A stretch of 64,000 bases of DNA from Candidatus Latescibacterota bacterium. Its GTDB lineage: Bacteria; Krumholzibacteriota; Krumholzibacteriia; WVZY01. Made by a program: the position numbers and the translations under genes. Location: positions 224,001 to 288,000 of the forward strand of contig CAWBQK010000009.1 in assembly GCA_963791045.1 (NCBI GenBank), given 5' to 3'. The notes beneath the pieces were generated by a model. It was not told where the DNA came from. It searched no databases and was given only the letters and a program-made list of their open reading frames with translations. Each line of letters starts with the position of its first letter. Position 1 is the first letter of the stretch. Of this stretch, positions 63,479 through 64,000 are shown in pieces.

Positions 63479-64000
63479 ACATCGTGGCATCATCGGGCAG
63501 AGACGACATTGCCGTCGTCTACATCGCGGAGTTCGGAGACGGCAAATGGGTCGAGTGCGTCGAGGCCGTCCAACCGCCGGCGCCCCGCGAAGACAAGTGG
63601 ATTCTCCTCGTCTCCACATTGTACGGTTGTCCCGTCGGTTGCTCGATGTGCGATGCCGGCGGGTTCTATCACGGTCGTGTGTCAAAAGAGGATTTGTTTG
63701 CCCAGATCGATTTCCTTGTTCGCAAGCGGTTCCCCTCGGGTGACATCCCCAGCAAGCAGTTCAAGATCCAATTTGCGCGGATGGGCGATCCCGCATTCAA
63801 CCCCGCCGTTCTCGATGTCATCGAAGAACTCCCCGATCACTACGGGGTTCCGGGGTTCTTACCGTCGCTGTCGACGGTGGCTCCGATGGGCGTCGACGCT
63901 TTCTTTGAAAGACTCGAACAAATCAAGCACGATCGATTCCCCGGCGGACGCTTCCAATTCCAGTTCTCGATCCACACCACCGACGAGAAGCGCAGGGATG
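63475..64000 (+). CDS. RlmN/Cfr-like radical SAM protein, 3' truncated by the window edge
   Basis: TTG start overlapping the upstream stop; VSTLYGCPVGCSMCDAG, QFARMGDP.FN, QFSIHTTD. Confidence 0.8.
   Translation, partial: MNIVASSGRDDIAVVYIAEFGDGKWVECVEAVQPPAPREDKWILLVSTLYGCPVGCSMCDAGGFYHGRVSKEDLFAQIDFLVRKRFPSGDIPSKQFKIQFARMGDPAFNPAVLDVIEELPDHYGVPGFLPSLSTVAPMGVDAFFERLEQIKHDRFPGGRFQFQFSIHTTDEKRRD

Overview
GC-rich bacterial chromosomal segment with no rRNA, tRNA, CRISPR, integrase or transposase detected. Three secreted proteins end in FlgD/T9SS-like 'NxPNPFNP...LK' domains and two end in 'TWGAIKxLY', which points by inference to an FCB-superphylum candidate lineage such as Krumholzibacteriota or Latescibacterota. 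Many conserved genes are split by single-base indels, most likely read or assembly errors. In order, the window holds: a glycyl-radical activating enzyme and a HypD-like glycyl radical enzyme; two tandem paralogous secreted proteins followed by a second copy of the hypD 3' end; a chalcone-isomerase-like protein; an AlkP-superfamily enzyme; a B3/4 protein; a cytochrome b/Rieske/multiheme-TPR cluster; arnBCADT; a C69 peptidase; an LVIVD protein; a kinase-like membrane protein; typA; a KamA-family radical SAM protein; an ECF sigma/anti-sigma/outer-membrane-protein cluster with glycogen-binding-like domains; cysK-cysE; EamA; purF; a rubrerythrin-like protein; a Ser/Thr kinase-TPR protein; queD; a second ECF pair; DUF4153; ansB; a putative Na+/H+ antiporter; a YWTD protein; an S9 peptidase; and an isochorismatase/flavoprotein/RlmN-like operon. 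The strongest unannotated signals are (1) a complete cysteine-sensing leader-peptide attenuator (promoter, poly-Cys leader, antiterminator, terminator) upstream of cysK-cysE, (2) a recurrent GTAAC-N16-CGTC/CGTA ECF promoter outlining a regulon around the CBM48-like anti-sigma system, and (3) a duplicated glycyl-radical domain flanking two cassette-like paralogs.
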